Assembly (NCBI GenBank): GCA_046563655.1
Contig: CM102289.1
Coordinates: 1,426,001 to 1,490,000, forward strand
Reading direction: 5' to 3'
DNA length: 64,000 nt
Origin: Yuukianura sp. NJ FZ-2021
Taxonomy: Eukaryota
Part shown: positions 48,001-60,372 of the stretch, one piece after another
Numbering within the stretch: the first letter of the stretch is position 1
Layout of the letters: every line of letters starts with the position of its first letter
Position numbers and translations under genes: made by a program
The notes under the pieces: model-generated
What the model was told of the DNA's origin: nothing
What the model saw: only the letters and a program-made list of their open reading frames with translations
Database searches by the model: none

Positions 48001-51000
48001 TGATCGATGATTTTTTAGTTCAATTTGAATTGAATATTTTGAATTTTTGAATTGTTCACACAGATTCCCGCTCTTCGTCACTTCGAAAAGGGCGTTTGAG
48101 TGCTGACATGATCAGCCGTCCACAAGGAGACTTCAAGCACACGGGACATGTTGGGCCTGATGGACACTTCTTTGGTGACATTGCCTTCATCAATTCAAAG
48201 GTGACACTTTGACAAGGTTCATGTCCATGTCACATGCCATTAGCATAACGTGCTCCGTATTTTCATTTTAGAGTTGGGTGCCACGTCAAGTAGTTCCGCC
48301 ATACAAACCAGAGTCACCGATATCCAGAGATGATCCATTTGGAGCCACGAAGATTGTGGATGGCGAAACTTTGTCCAGTGACACGGACCCACTTCTGTGG
48401 GAAGCCACGAAGGAACCACTGCAGAAAAACAACTGGAAAAAACTTGTACTACCGACGACCAACGGCAGTGGCAACCGTGGCAACGGCGGTGGCAACTGCA
48501 GCCTCAGCAATTCCCAGGAACCACTTGAGGCTGAGCTGGACCACGAGTATCATGAAATTTCTGATGAGGAAAACGAAATGCTGACGACGAGCAAGGAAAA
48601 CAAGCACTACGGTGTTTCCAATCCAGCACTTTGTTCCCAGAGTCCTCTTGACAGTCCATTTGATGTAAGCTTTGCTTTTCGATTTTTTTTTGATTTTTTT
48701 GAAATTTCGATTATGTTATTTTATTTATTTATTTTTTTGATTTTTTCAGAAAGCGTTTGACATGGGTCCGAGCTTAATGGAAGAAGTTTTTGGAGCTTTA
48801 GAGGAAGAGCAAGGGAAGAAATCAGCGATTGCAAGTGGGAATGAGCATGAACCTGCTTCTTTTCCGCCGTTTCACCACCGATCGAAAAAGAAGTTTGCAA
48901 CTGTGAAACCCATTTCGTCTAAAGATAGAAAACGACTGGACACGGCCATTGCAATTGCGAATGAACTTGCTAGCCGATCGATGCTGGACTTGGACCAAAG
49001 AAACTCTGCTTCCTTTGATGACATTTCGGGAGATACTCCAGCTTCTCCCACTCATCGCAAAAAGTTTTCATTTCTGTTAGGTGGGCATAAGGGTAGTGAG
49101 AAGGAACGACGAAATTATACTCAAGAAGCTGCGTCGATTCCTGACATCCAAGTGAGTAACGATTTCTGATTTGTCTGTGAGTTAGTCACCTCCAGTTTTA
49201 AGATTTTTTTTTGCTTTTGAAGTTGAATTTGTTCGTTTTTTGTTGAATTTTATTTCATTTGTTTATTATTTTTTAGTCAACACTTTCTGACGAGGCAAAA
49301 GAAGCGTACAATTCGCTTATCGAAAAACCGACGTCAGTTGGAAGCTTGGGTACTTTTTTTTTTATTTGTTTTTCTTTCCTTAGTTTAAGTGCATTTAGAA
49401 TAGTGGAAATTTTTGGACTTAAAAAAGTTCAACATTTTTTTTGTTCATTTCAGGCGTTCTGACTCCTTCCTTCGAAAACAAATCTTCTTCGTTTCACTTT
49501 CCGGAAAAATGTAGTTCTAAGAAGTCAGCTTTTTTCGACAAAGAGCCCCTATGTCCTCCACCCCCCTCGCCTTTCTTTGACTCTTCATGTCTTCAGTCAC
49601 CCACGACCAACACCGCCCCACAGGAACCATTCACCCACCCGGCCCCACCAAAAGCACAGCGGAGCCACCATGCCAAAAGCGAAAGCTGGAACGGAAGTGG
49701 GACTCATCAGACTCAGAAAGTTGCACAACCGCTGCCTATTGCTCAGTTTCCAGCCACGGGGTCCGATGAAGAGGAAGAGGACACTAATCCACTTCGTCGG
49801 CTCAGGTAAAGAAACGATAAACTTAAAAAAAACGTTGTGAAAAACGTTTAAACATCGTTTTCAACTTGTTTTTAGGAAAAGTAAAGTTCCGAATGTGCTT
49901 CCACTTCCACCAAAACGGCTGAGTACTGAAATGACTCCAGGAAATTCCCCTGCAGAAACGACTCCCACTTCACCACTGGCCAAACTCTGTCTGAACGACA
50001 AGAAAACGTCGTCCACGAGGCATCAACGTAAACATCCTCTGCTTATTCCGCAAAGAGTGACAGTTGACACGACGACGGACACTACGACTACTGCGTCCCA
50101 CCGAGCTCCACCTCCTCCTCCGAAGCCACAACGGCAACATTTACCTTCTTCTCCTCCAAAAGAACTGGAAGCATCTTTCTCCAATGGAGAAATTCAATTG
50201 GACAGGAGGAAGTCGTCACTTTCCTTTGAGAAACCGATTCCGCTGTATGAAAACTACGAAGATGACGACAGTGTGGAGTCAAAAACTGGAAAAACACAAA
50301 ATCGTGAAGAAAGCCAAGAAAATGGAGAAGCTTCCGATGGTGCCCTAGCGCATGCGCAAGTGCAGTTTGTGCCAAAAGAGCCAGACGTTGACATTCGTCC
50401 GACTCCAGAGTACCAGTCTCACGTTGCCCCGAAATTTGATACTTTTCGGACGGAAGTAGAATATTCGGAAATTGTTCATGAAGAGCCACAATCGATGATG
50501 AAGAGGAATAGTTCAGAGAGTTCTGAAAGCTGCACAACGAGAACTGTTCCTGAACGGTCTGCGCAGAACGGAGCAGACGAAATCCAGTCAACAAATTTTA
50601 AGTCTGAAAAAGAATGGAAACCGACAAACTCCGCTAAGGTTATCAGAGATGCTGCTGTTCCTGTTAACAGAGATGCTCCTGTTCCTGTTGTCAACAGAGA
50701 TGTTCCTGTTCCTGTTGTCAACAGAGATATTCCTGTTCCTGTTGTCAGCAGAGATCCTCCTGTTGTCGTGGCCACCTTGTCATCAGCTGATGATCCTCCG
50801 AAGTCCAATGGTTGTTCACTCAAGGTCAAAACGGTGCAGCGTATCCTAGGTTCTTCGGTAAGCTTTCAAAAACTTTTAAAATTTCGTGTAATTGTGATAT
50901 TTATTATAAAAAAAAATTAGAGTAATCGATTGATTGGTTATAATGTGTTGAATTGCAGGCGACGGAGCGTGACTGTGAGTGGGCCTTGGACATGTGTCGG

Positions 51001-51288
51001 GACGATTCTGCCCATGCCGTGAAACTTTTAAGACTTCGCAGCCTCCTGCCGCCAGCATTTCTTGAAAAAGATGTTGACAGAGTAGTTTCTGTGCTGGAAA
51101 TGTCGCATTGGGATGTTGCTAGAGCCTCTGACTTTCTTCTGAACACGAAGAATGGAAATGCCCAGACGAAAAGAGTAACTTCTTTACGTAATCTGCAGAG
51201 AAGGCCTTCCGTGGAAGCAGATGATTTTAAACCTGACTCTGCCCAATCAGCTTCCAATCCAAAGTACATCAGGCCGACTCGTGTGTAA
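45068..51288 (+). CDS. Ack-like: Activated Cdc42 kinase-like (Ack-like/PR2) non-receptor tyrosine kinase, multi-exon
   Basis: SAM ([13 protein letters not shown]), kinase ([35 protein letters not shown]), SH3, CRIB ([16 protein letters not shown]), Pro-rich region, C-terminal UBA-like segment. Confidence 0.93.
50645..50768 (+). repeat. Coding minisatellite (24-27 bp units) encoding RD[A/V/I/P]PVPVVN in the Ack-like gene
   Basis: About five tandem agagat..cctgttcctgttgtca units, in frame. Confidence 0.9.
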
Positions 51289-52021
51289 CTTACGACGATT
51301 GACGAGTAATCGCAATCACGATTGTAAGTTGACCAACTTGGTGGGTCCGTGGGATGGTGGGCCCCGTTGGGTTCTTCTATTTTCTGTACAAAATTACTAG
51401 TTTCTAGTTAGTTAGACTATTCTAGTGACGATGCTTACTTTATCTATGCTGATTGTTTTTAGAAAAACATAGAGGAAATTATTAGAAAACGCATAGAAGT
51501 TGTGAGGTGTAAAAGTTCGTGAGAACGCAACTAGAGGCCAAGTTTATTCAGAAAAAAATTGAATTAAATTTCGAAAAAATATTTACAAAAACAACACGAA
51601 TTTTTGAATTTTGGCATTTCCTGTGCTAAAGTTCTCTCAATGAAGTTTGGAAGGTGGAACTGGGGGGTATCCAATTTTTTATGTAAGTACGAAACATAAA
51701 AATAAAAATATTGAACCTGTAAACTAAATGTTTTTCTTTTCGATTTTTTGTTAGATAGTTGCACCAACTTTTGGATTATTTGCGGATTTTGTGTCTCGTA
51801 AGAGAGGAGTTGAGTGACCAATTAATCAGATGGATAATTAGTTATTCTTTCATCTGCTCCTGTTCTACCTGCATCAACTTCAGTTATTTTAATTAATTAA
51901 CTTTAATTATTTTGGTTCAATTAATACAACGTTTGTCAGTTGCAGGTTGGAACCATAGTACTACACTCCAGATTCTCAGTAAATTTCAACTTGTAGAGCC
52001 ATTTAGAACTTTTGATTTAAG

Positions 52022-53791
52022 ATGTCCACGGGATCAACCCTGATCCGGTTCCTGATTGGATCAATTCTGGTGGTAACTTGTACAACTTTTGCGTCGTCCC
52101 ACCAAGAAAGCCCCACCGGAAACGACGTTTTTCTGGACACATTACAGGCGGAAGTAGAGGGCAACGTTAAAGAAGCTCAGCAGGAATTGGTCACTGAAGC
52201 CAAAGCAGTCGCTGCCGCTACTGAAAAATATGCCAAGGTCAAGCTTGCTCAGAACATCTTTCGGGTGTGTTTTTTTTTTTTTTCAAAAATTTAAAGCATA
52301 ATTTTCGAAAAAATTTTTTTTGGTCGAAAGGTCAATGACCTCATCTTGTCTGGATTTTTTTTCAGGCCCTGAGAGTCTTGGTACTAAAGGAGCTGGAGCA
52401 GGTTCCGTTGCAACTGCGTATGCGTCAACCACGTCAAGAAGAAGCAGAAGAGTCACCGTCAAGCGGATCTGGCGACGATGAAGACACAAACGACACTTCG
52501 GGAGGCAGTTCGGCCGAAACGGCATCCACGACGAAACGAACTGTGCCGCTCATTCCGGTCGTAAGTGACCTGTACCGAATTTTTAGGCTTTTGCAATTTT
52601 TTTTTGTTTACGAACCTTGGTCGGTTTTGCCTTTGCAGTTGGCGGGAATTTTGAAATCGGTGCTCGGAGGAGGGGAAAACGCGACAACACAGCCACTGAA
52701 CGTCACTCATACGATCCAGAACCTTCTGTTTCCACTTGGAAATCCGTTTCAAGGAGTCCAATCGCTGCTAAACCGTCGTCNNNNNNNNNNNNNNNNNNNN
52801 NNNNNNNNNNNNNNNNNNNNNNNNNNNNNNNNNNNNNNNNNNNNNNNNNNNNNNNNNNNNNNNNNNNNNNNNNNNNNNNNAAACCGTCGTCGTCCCACCG
52901 CTGCTCCAACAACGGTAATCAAGTACTATCCAGTACCGGTTTACCCGACGACTGAAGCCCCACCACCGACTAAAGCCACCACTCCACTGCTCCGCCTGGT
53001 GGGGCGTGAAAATATCCGCGTCAGACGTCATGCTTCTCCTCTCGCTCCGCGTAAGTAAGAACCGACAAAGATTTTGCAAACAACGCTGAATTTATCCGCG
53101 CGTCGATAAATTCACAACTTTTGAAAACCAAAATTAAGTGAGTTTTAATTTTTCAGGAGCCGAGAGTGATTTGAACCGACAAGTTCCTGCCGCGCCACCA
53201 TTTCAAAATCCCGCCGCTTCTTATGTCTATGCTCCCGCTTACGTTAATTCAAATAAACAAAAAATCACGGAATTCCCGCCATCCGGTACCACCGACTCTC
53301 CTATGCTAATCTACGCTCCGAAACATGTTGTCGGTAGCGCTTATGCTCCACTTCACGTCAACCCGCCAACACAAGATTCGGTTTTACCGGGAAATTCAAA
53401 ATTAACCGCCGACACGACCACTCGAGCTCCAGTAAAACACAGACCACAAGAACTTTCGCTTCCGGTTTTTGCCGAAGCATTTCCCGATCCGACAACGGTT
53501 GCTCCTCCCACCGTAAATTTCGTTCCCACGGTAACGAATCTTCCGAAAGCTGCCGTTCCGGTGACTACGATCGTTCCGTCGGTATCGGGCGGCACTAAAA
53601 ATTCGGAGGGAAATTCAAATACGACCACAACGACTCCAGGCCTGATCTACGTTGATTCCTTGGCTCGCGATGTCCAAAGCAGTTTTGACGGTCTCGTCAA
53701 AAATTTACCGGACATTTTGAAGGGAGCGAAGGAGGCAATTGGACTACTCGCCAATCTCCGAGAAATTTTTGGAGAGGAAGACGACGCTTAG
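52022..53791 (+). CDS. Secreted Pro/Thr-rich low-complexity protein (exons 52022-52237, 52366-53050 spanning the N gap, 53157-53791)
   Basis: Signal peptide MSTGSTLIRFLIGSILVVTCTTFASS, phase-consistent splice sites, P/T/A-rich body, amphipathic C-terminal helix. Confidence 0.8.
52781..52880. other. 100-N assembly gap with an 11-bp overlap on both sides
   Basis: aaaccgtcgtc at 52770-52780 and 52881-52891. Confidence 0.95.
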
Positions 53792-54386
53792 TAAAGCCAG
53801 AAAAACGTTTTTTGTTCTTCTGAAAACGTTTTGTCTTTAGAAAAACGTTTAAAAAACAGACATTTTTTGGCTTTACTGTTGCTGTAAAGTTAAACCAGAT
53901 AACTGTTAAAAATTGTTAAAAAATTATATAAATCAGACGGAAATAAAGGCGCCAGGAACTTGTTTTATTCATGAAAAATAATCACATTTTGACTCCTTAC
54001 CAGAGTTTTTCTAACATTCCAAATTCAATTTCATAACAACTTTCTTCTTTTTCAAAATTTTGATAAATATTTGATTTTTGTGAGCTTTCTGTTTGTGAGA
54101 TTTTGATTTCGACCGTTTGGACTCGGCCTCTCTGATAGAATTTAAAGAACAAGAAATGACAGAAATACGTAAAAGAGAGAGACAGAGACTGTAAGCTAAG
54201 AAGTACTTTATGGATATATGTGTTATATAATATATAATATAAAATATAATTTATAGAATATAATATATAAGCTCTCGTTTTCAGTTTTTATCACTTAAGA
54301 CACTTAATTTGGGCGGAGACTTTATACTTGATTGCTTACAGCCATTATAGAGTGAAGGGTGTGAGTAGTTTAGTTATTGAAGTATC

Positions 54387-57366
54387 TCAGTCGTTGGGTG
54401 GCGTAAGCCACGAAATGTACGTCACGTGACGAGATTTCATCGCTAGAGTGCCAACCGGAGACACCTAAAACAATCAGAGAAAAATTAACCCAAAAAATAG
54501 TGTGGTTTGAGTATTCGATATTTAAATTCGAATTTTCGAAATCAAAAATTCAAGAAAGTTTTTAAGGACTGCTTGCCTTTGTGTCGTCCACGATGAGTTG
54601 CCAGAGTTTGCGCAGTTTAGCCAAGTAGAGAGCCATTTTCTCGTCAATTGGAATGAGGAGGTGGAGCTTGAGCAGTTCTGAAAAAAAGTATAGACAAGAT
54701 AACAAGTCCGTAATTTTTAAAATTTTGTATTTTCTTTGACACAGTGCATTTGTAAGAGATAGTGTCTCTACATTAGCATACTTTGATAAGATTATGTTAG
54801 CATATTTCAAGACTCACTTGGAAGAAGCTGGAGATGAGAAGGATAATAGTCCCGAAGTTGAATAGTTCCTTGAAGTTGAGCCAGCACTTTTTCCAGTGGA
54901 TAAGTTTGGTCTTGTCCATAAGCATTCGGAGCAGACAAAATGAGAGTTTCAATATTTGGAGCCCATTCTCCCATGAATGTCAGATGTTCCGGTGGAGGAT
55001 TGACCAATTCGAGTTTTGTGAGATAAACCGAAAATAGATTCGGCATTAAGTTTTCTGAAATGAGATGACGCACGATGGATGTGTCATGGAAGTGCAGTTT
55101 CAAACGATTGAGTGGAGTGAGGATGCTACGTAAGTAAAACGTTTCATTTCCGTAGTTCAGGTGCAGAACACATCCCTCTCTAATGAAACAGAAGAAAACA
55201 CATGTTAGAAACACAACAATAATAATTGTGTGAAAAGCTCTGATCATCTGACCGTAATCAGTAATTCTGATCATCTGATTTTGAGCCGTAACTTTGATAA
55301 TCTGATCATGATCAGAAGTTCTGACAATTTGATCGTGATCAGAAGTTCTGATTATCTGATCATGATCAGATGCTAGGTGAAACTTACAGAACAGGGAATT
55401 GGTCCTTGTCAATCGGACAAATTGGCAACTTGTGCGATTCGACTTCAAGAAAACGCAAAGCGGGAAGTGTTGGCAATCGAAGCGGCGGAGGTAGCCGCCT
55501 GGCCTCCAACCCGTTCTGACGATAGTCACCTCGACGTTGGATTTTCAAAAAACGCAAACATTTACGAGTAGCACGCATGAGTTTCAGGGCTTCCTGCAAA
55601 CACAATTATACATACGCATCGATTAATATACGTAGCAAAATACATACGAGTGTAAAATAAGAAAACTAAAACTAAAAGTTACCTTGAAAATATACACTCC
55701 GGGACCGAATCTAAAACTGAGTGCGTTTATTTTCGTGTTTTCTTCCGTAGCCACTAGCTTGATGAGCATAGGAATGAGCGGGTTGTCATTCGATTCAACT
55801 AGCAACATAAGTGCAATTGATGGCACGAGTTTGGCAGCTTCATCGGTAAGGACACGATGCAATTCGCTTGGTTCGACATACATGTTACAAGGTTCAGGAA
55901 GTTTCATGCGGAGTTTCTTCAAGTCTAACGTGTGTCGGAGAATCTCCACGGTCAAATCGGCACTGAACTTGCAGAATCCACTCGTAGCGAATCCAATCGA
56001 AAGTTTTTGGAGTTTTTCAAGATCAAAAGCCACTTTGAAATCAAGTGCAAAGTAGTCGTAGTGGCCCATTGCTGGAAACATAATGTCCAGTTGTTCCACC
56101 GTTCGAAGTTCACCTAGGACTCCAGTTAGTTTGTGAATTAGACGTTGTTGCGGAATCTCCTCAATTTCAGTTCCTCGATCTCTTGATTTCCTCTCAAACG
56201 GTTCAATAGAAAGATCCAGGATATGCAAGTCGTAAGCACGGATGAAATTCATGAGCAAGTGGCGCTTGATTGGTTCAAGAATTAGACGAAACCGGGAAAA
56301 TGGAAACTTGAAACTTCCGCTCAAATCATCGTTGAAAGAGAAGACTTTGTCCTCATTATCGATGGAAATACGAGTGTGACAGGTGAGGAAGACGTCTGTT
56401 GCTACGTCGTTGAATCTCTTGCTGACCATACGCATCGTTTTCAGTTGACCTTCCTTGAGATACTCGCATACTGATTGTAATACCTAAGAAAGTAACAAAA
56501 TATAAAAAACGAATAATTATAATTAATAACGTTGAAACTAACTACTATAATTCGATTTTTCTTGTTGCCGAACCTAAGAGTGGGATTCCAGACTAGTGCT
56601 CACCTGTCACCCAGTGCACCCAAACCTAGATGGGCATAAATTAAATAAACTAATTTCATAATTACTTTTAAAATTACTTAAAAATCTCCAAATTACTTTT
56701 AAAATTATTTAATAAATTTAAATTAAATTTTATTAATATAAAATATTTTTTTAATGTTTTTTAGTTGTTCTTTTTTTGGATTAAGATTTAATAAACGCGT
56801 TTTGATTTTCCAAAAAAAGAACAACTAAAAAACATTAAAAAAATATTTTATATTAATAAAATTTAATTTAAATTTATTAAATAATTTTAAAAGTAATTTG
56901 GAGATTTTTAAGTAATTTTAAAAGTAATTATGAAATTAGTTTATTTAATTTATGCCCATCTAGGTTTGGGTGCACTGGGTGACAGGTGAGCACTAGTCTG
57001 GAATCCCACTCTTAGGTTCGGCAACAAGAAAAATCGAATTATAGTACTTAAGCATTATTAGCAGGCAAACCTTGTCAGGAATGTCGTTGATGCCAACCTT
57101 CTTCTTCCCCTTTTTCGTTTGCTTCTCCTGGTTCCCATTGGTATCTTTTATGGAGTCCCCCTCACCTCCGACTATTGAGAGCCCAAAGAGATCATCGACT
57201 AAACTCCGATCCAACCCTGAAAAAATAAGTGATTTTTTAAAAGATTTTTCAATAATTTTTGAAAATGTTTCAGTTTGTTTGAATCGATTACTGCATTCGT
57301 AATACCTTTGCCGGATAATTTCGAAGGTGGAAGATTTTTGAGGAACCGATTCAACTTCTTGCTCAT
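54387..57366 (-). CDS. F-box protein with degenerate LRR-like repeats, multi-exon (last exon uncertain; alternative stop at 54562)
   Basis: Spliced F-box INDIPDK|VLQSVCEYLKEGQLKTMRMVSKRFNDVA, followed by LxxLxL segments (LEKLQKLSI, LDLKKLRM, LPALRFLEV, LTKLELV, APNIETLIL). Confidence 0.78.
55235..55372. repeat. 27-bp intronic minisatellite (~5 degenerate copies)
   Basis: tctgatcatgatcagaagttctga... units between the donor at 55387 and the acceptor at 55180. Confidence 0.85.
56543..57046. repeat. Near-perfect 504-bp palindrome (238-bp arms, 28-nt loop) in an F-box intron; MITE-like with TA ends
   Basis: 56543-56780 is the reverse complement of 56809-57046. Confidence 0.93.
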
Positions 57367-58636
57367 CGTGTCTTCTGAAATGAACAACAGAAAGTACGAT
57401 CCTGTTGCCACCGTAAATCGCAGTCACGTAGTAGTACGGTTGTAGGCAAGTGACGAAAATGATGTCCAGATGAACTTGAAACGCAGTGGTTACGTCCGTC
57501 CGTTTATCTGAAATGAAAGATAACAAAACAAGTTTAAAATCTGATGTTTTTTTTAGAATGAAAAGACATGAAGTTTAGACACACGAAATAAGAACGACTA
57601 CAATAATCGCGGAAGTATAAACGCAAGGGCATGAACAGACAAACGACAACAACAAGGAGATTTGATTGTTGAGGGAGTTTGGCTTGACAGTACCCAAAAC
57701 CCTAACTGTTTCAATTGAAAAGTTCTAAACAATGGTTTCCATGGAAATGGATACAGCGTAACCACCCCCGTGACCTTCCTGGCCCTGAAGGACGAATAAA
57801 GTTTGTATCTCTCGGAGCGGAGAAGTGGAACGGAAGTTGATATCAAATGTTATGAGAACGATTATTACCTAATTTGCCTTTGATCTCCTCTCTCAATTGA
57901 ATCCAACCCAGTAACGGTTACCAAGACACTTTAACATTAGAATAGAGAAATTACTTACGTTTTGAATTCTTTGGAGAATCAGCGAATTGATCTTATTTTT
58001 ATAGTAGTAAATCAGTCGGTCGTCGTCAGTATTATATTGGTACACGTACAACTCTATCAAATGTAGTAAGGATCGGATTATCTGATGATCCGGAGAATAA
58101 GAACAAAAGAGGTCGGATAGTTTACTAACATTAACTTATCTAAACGGGTACTACAAAGCTAAACTATAAAGCTACAAAGCTGAATGTCCTTGGTGCAGTC
58201 CAACCGGATGACTAGGCTTTTCTCATGATATGACATGAGTCATCTGTGTTTTGTTGATGTCTTGAGTACCGTAAATAATCCATGAGATGCCTCTTTATAA
58301 AGTAACCTATTAACACGATGTGTTTTACACGATGCAATCTCTGAGTAGATACTCCTCAAGGACAACTCAACTCGATAAAAGTTAATTGCTTTTGTAATTC
58401 GATCAATTGTCGACGATGCAGAATTCCTAGATGCGATGAACATAAAATCCACATCGATGTTCATCATCATCCACCATCCAGTTCCAGCAAAGTTTCACTT
58501 TAGTGATTAGATTACCAACAGATTTACTACATAAAGTGTTTTTTACATGTACACATTTTTCTCTTATTATTACTCATTCAGCAACATTTATTAACGACGG
58601 AAAGAGAGATAAAAGATTTATGTCTAAATCACTTGC

Positions 58637-58703
58637 CTCATCAAAATCAGGCAAAAGCCTTCGCATTCTGCGATTCATGCATTTGCCGTCATAAAGGATC
58701 AAG
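58637..58703 (-). promoter_or_regulatory. SECIS element (type II) in the SelT 3' UTR
   Basis: Minus strand reads AUGA-C-GGCAAAUGC-AUGAA-UCGCA-GAA-UGCGA-AG-GCUUUUGCC-UGAU: GA quartet core, helix II, unpaired AA and apical ministem. An AATAAA follows at 58592-58587. Confidence 0.85.
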
Positions 58704-58840
58704 TTCTCACGACACTCACTGCTTTCTCTTTCCATCGAATTAATGTTTGTGGATTTACCTTACCTCTACTATAACATAAAATCAAATGGTTCATAACAAT
58801 ACGGTAAATGACACGAAATCACAAAGAAGGGATAGAATGA

Positions 58841-59744
58841 TTATAGGTCGTAGTTCGTCTTGAATTGGTAGTTTTGAGCTGCTGCGGAAAGTTGTGGCTC
58901 CAGAATATGCACCAATTCTTGAACGGAAGGCAGGCGACCGCTTTCAAGTTTTGACCAGACTTGGACATCTACGAAAAAAAAATTAGAATCATTGACACTT
59001 ATTGATTGATTATAGGATATCTTAATTTAAACTGGAGTACCATTAAGATATATTTCGAAAGCACCAGTGCTCATTAACTGCGACTCAAGGAAATTGCTTA
59101 TAAAGAAGGCCATAAGACAAGCGTAGATTTTGTTCTGTCGCATCCACTCGATTCTACTTGCCGGAATGTGAAGGAATTGAAGAAGTGCAAACTGGTTGAA
59201 AACTAAACTTCCTATCACCACAAACTTAAGGATTCCCTGCAACAGTAATTAAATTAGATTCAACTTGTCGTATTTTGTTGTCACCAACTAAACATTGAAT
59301 CATCTGCTCCTTACTAGTACTTGGGCTAATATTTGTCTCCATGTCGCTGGTGGGTAGTTGCTTCCTTCCATGTAAAGGTCAGGAAATCTATGCGTCAGTA
59401 CTTGAGCAAACTGCGCATAGGCATTCCGGTACCCTCAAGAGGAACTGAAAAATGAAATCAGAATATTCAACGTTAGCACGAGATCTTTGTTTTACGGTAG
59501 CAGTAGCAGTCGTGAGCAAACCCAGAGATTTTTACAGTCAACCGATTGCTTACCAGTAGAGGAATTTAAGCTCGGGTACGTCCGGAGCTGATTTTGTTAC
59601 TGAAACCCCCAGTTCATCTCCAATTGCCGCATGATCACCATGTTCGCCTGCATGTCCATCGTCAGGTGCCATAGCCTGGTACACTTCCCGGAGTGTAAGA
59701 GCGATGGCCAGCATGATTATATAGTGTTGTGTCTCGAGAGCCAT
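58841..59744 (-). CDS. SelT: Selenoprotein T with Sec (UGA at 59437-59435); exons 59744-59554, 59444-59315, 59236-59041, 58968-58841
   Basis: LKFLYCSS-UGA-GYRNAYAQF...FPDLYMEGSNYPP...NKIYACLMAFFISNFLESQLMSTGAFEIYLNDVQVWSKLESGRLPS, the SelT/Rdx family signatures. Confidence 0.93.
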
Positions 59745-60372
59745 TACGAAAGCTTCGTCAACACTGCTGCCGCTGCTCGCCTAATGAAGAACAAGATTCA
59801 ATGGGCATTAGATTAAAAATGTAATGTAATGGCTGGATAGTTAGCGTTAGTATGCTATGCTGAACAGACAAGTTGAGACAATCAATGTAACTTTACCTAA
59901 AAGAGGAAAAATACGAGGTTAAGGTTCGTCACCATCAACTTCTACAGTAAAAATGTCCGTGTTACACTGAAAATTAAAGTTAGTTAACTAAAACTAAAGG
60001 ATGAACATAATTTTGTAAATGATCGTCTGCGGTTAATTACAATTAACCCAATTAAAACAATTAAATTATTCAATTAATCACCCAATCCGATCCCGATCAA
60101 ATCAATCGGTGCGCCCTACCTTCAAGTTTCAATTCGATTGAATGTGCCCGTGTCGTGTCCCCCTCCTCGTCCTCTCCAGTTAAAATGAAGTAATTGTAGA
60201 GGTTACACACATTTTTTCACCCATACAGCTAGACGATAGCATATGGACAGTCGTCGAGTATTTAATTAAAATTAAACTATTAAAAATTATTTATAGGACC
60301 AACACAAAAATATTAAAAAATCATATTTAATCACGTTTCAATTAAAATATTCATTCATGAATTGATCTAATC

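Noticed and set aside
50088..51269. Antisense ORFs over Ack-like exons (and similar ones over the Gr, ABCC and F-box exons)
   Set aside because: Shadow ORFs of real coding exons, with no independent protein features.
54807..55529. 240-aa ORF with SDHDQIIRT repeats as a standalone protein
   Set aside because: It is a read-through of a wrong-frame exon, an intron with a minisatellite, and a true F-box gene exon.
59435..59437. Premature stop making SelT a pseudogene
   Set aside because: The UGA is exactly at the CxxU site, the downstream frame is conserved and a SECIS is present.
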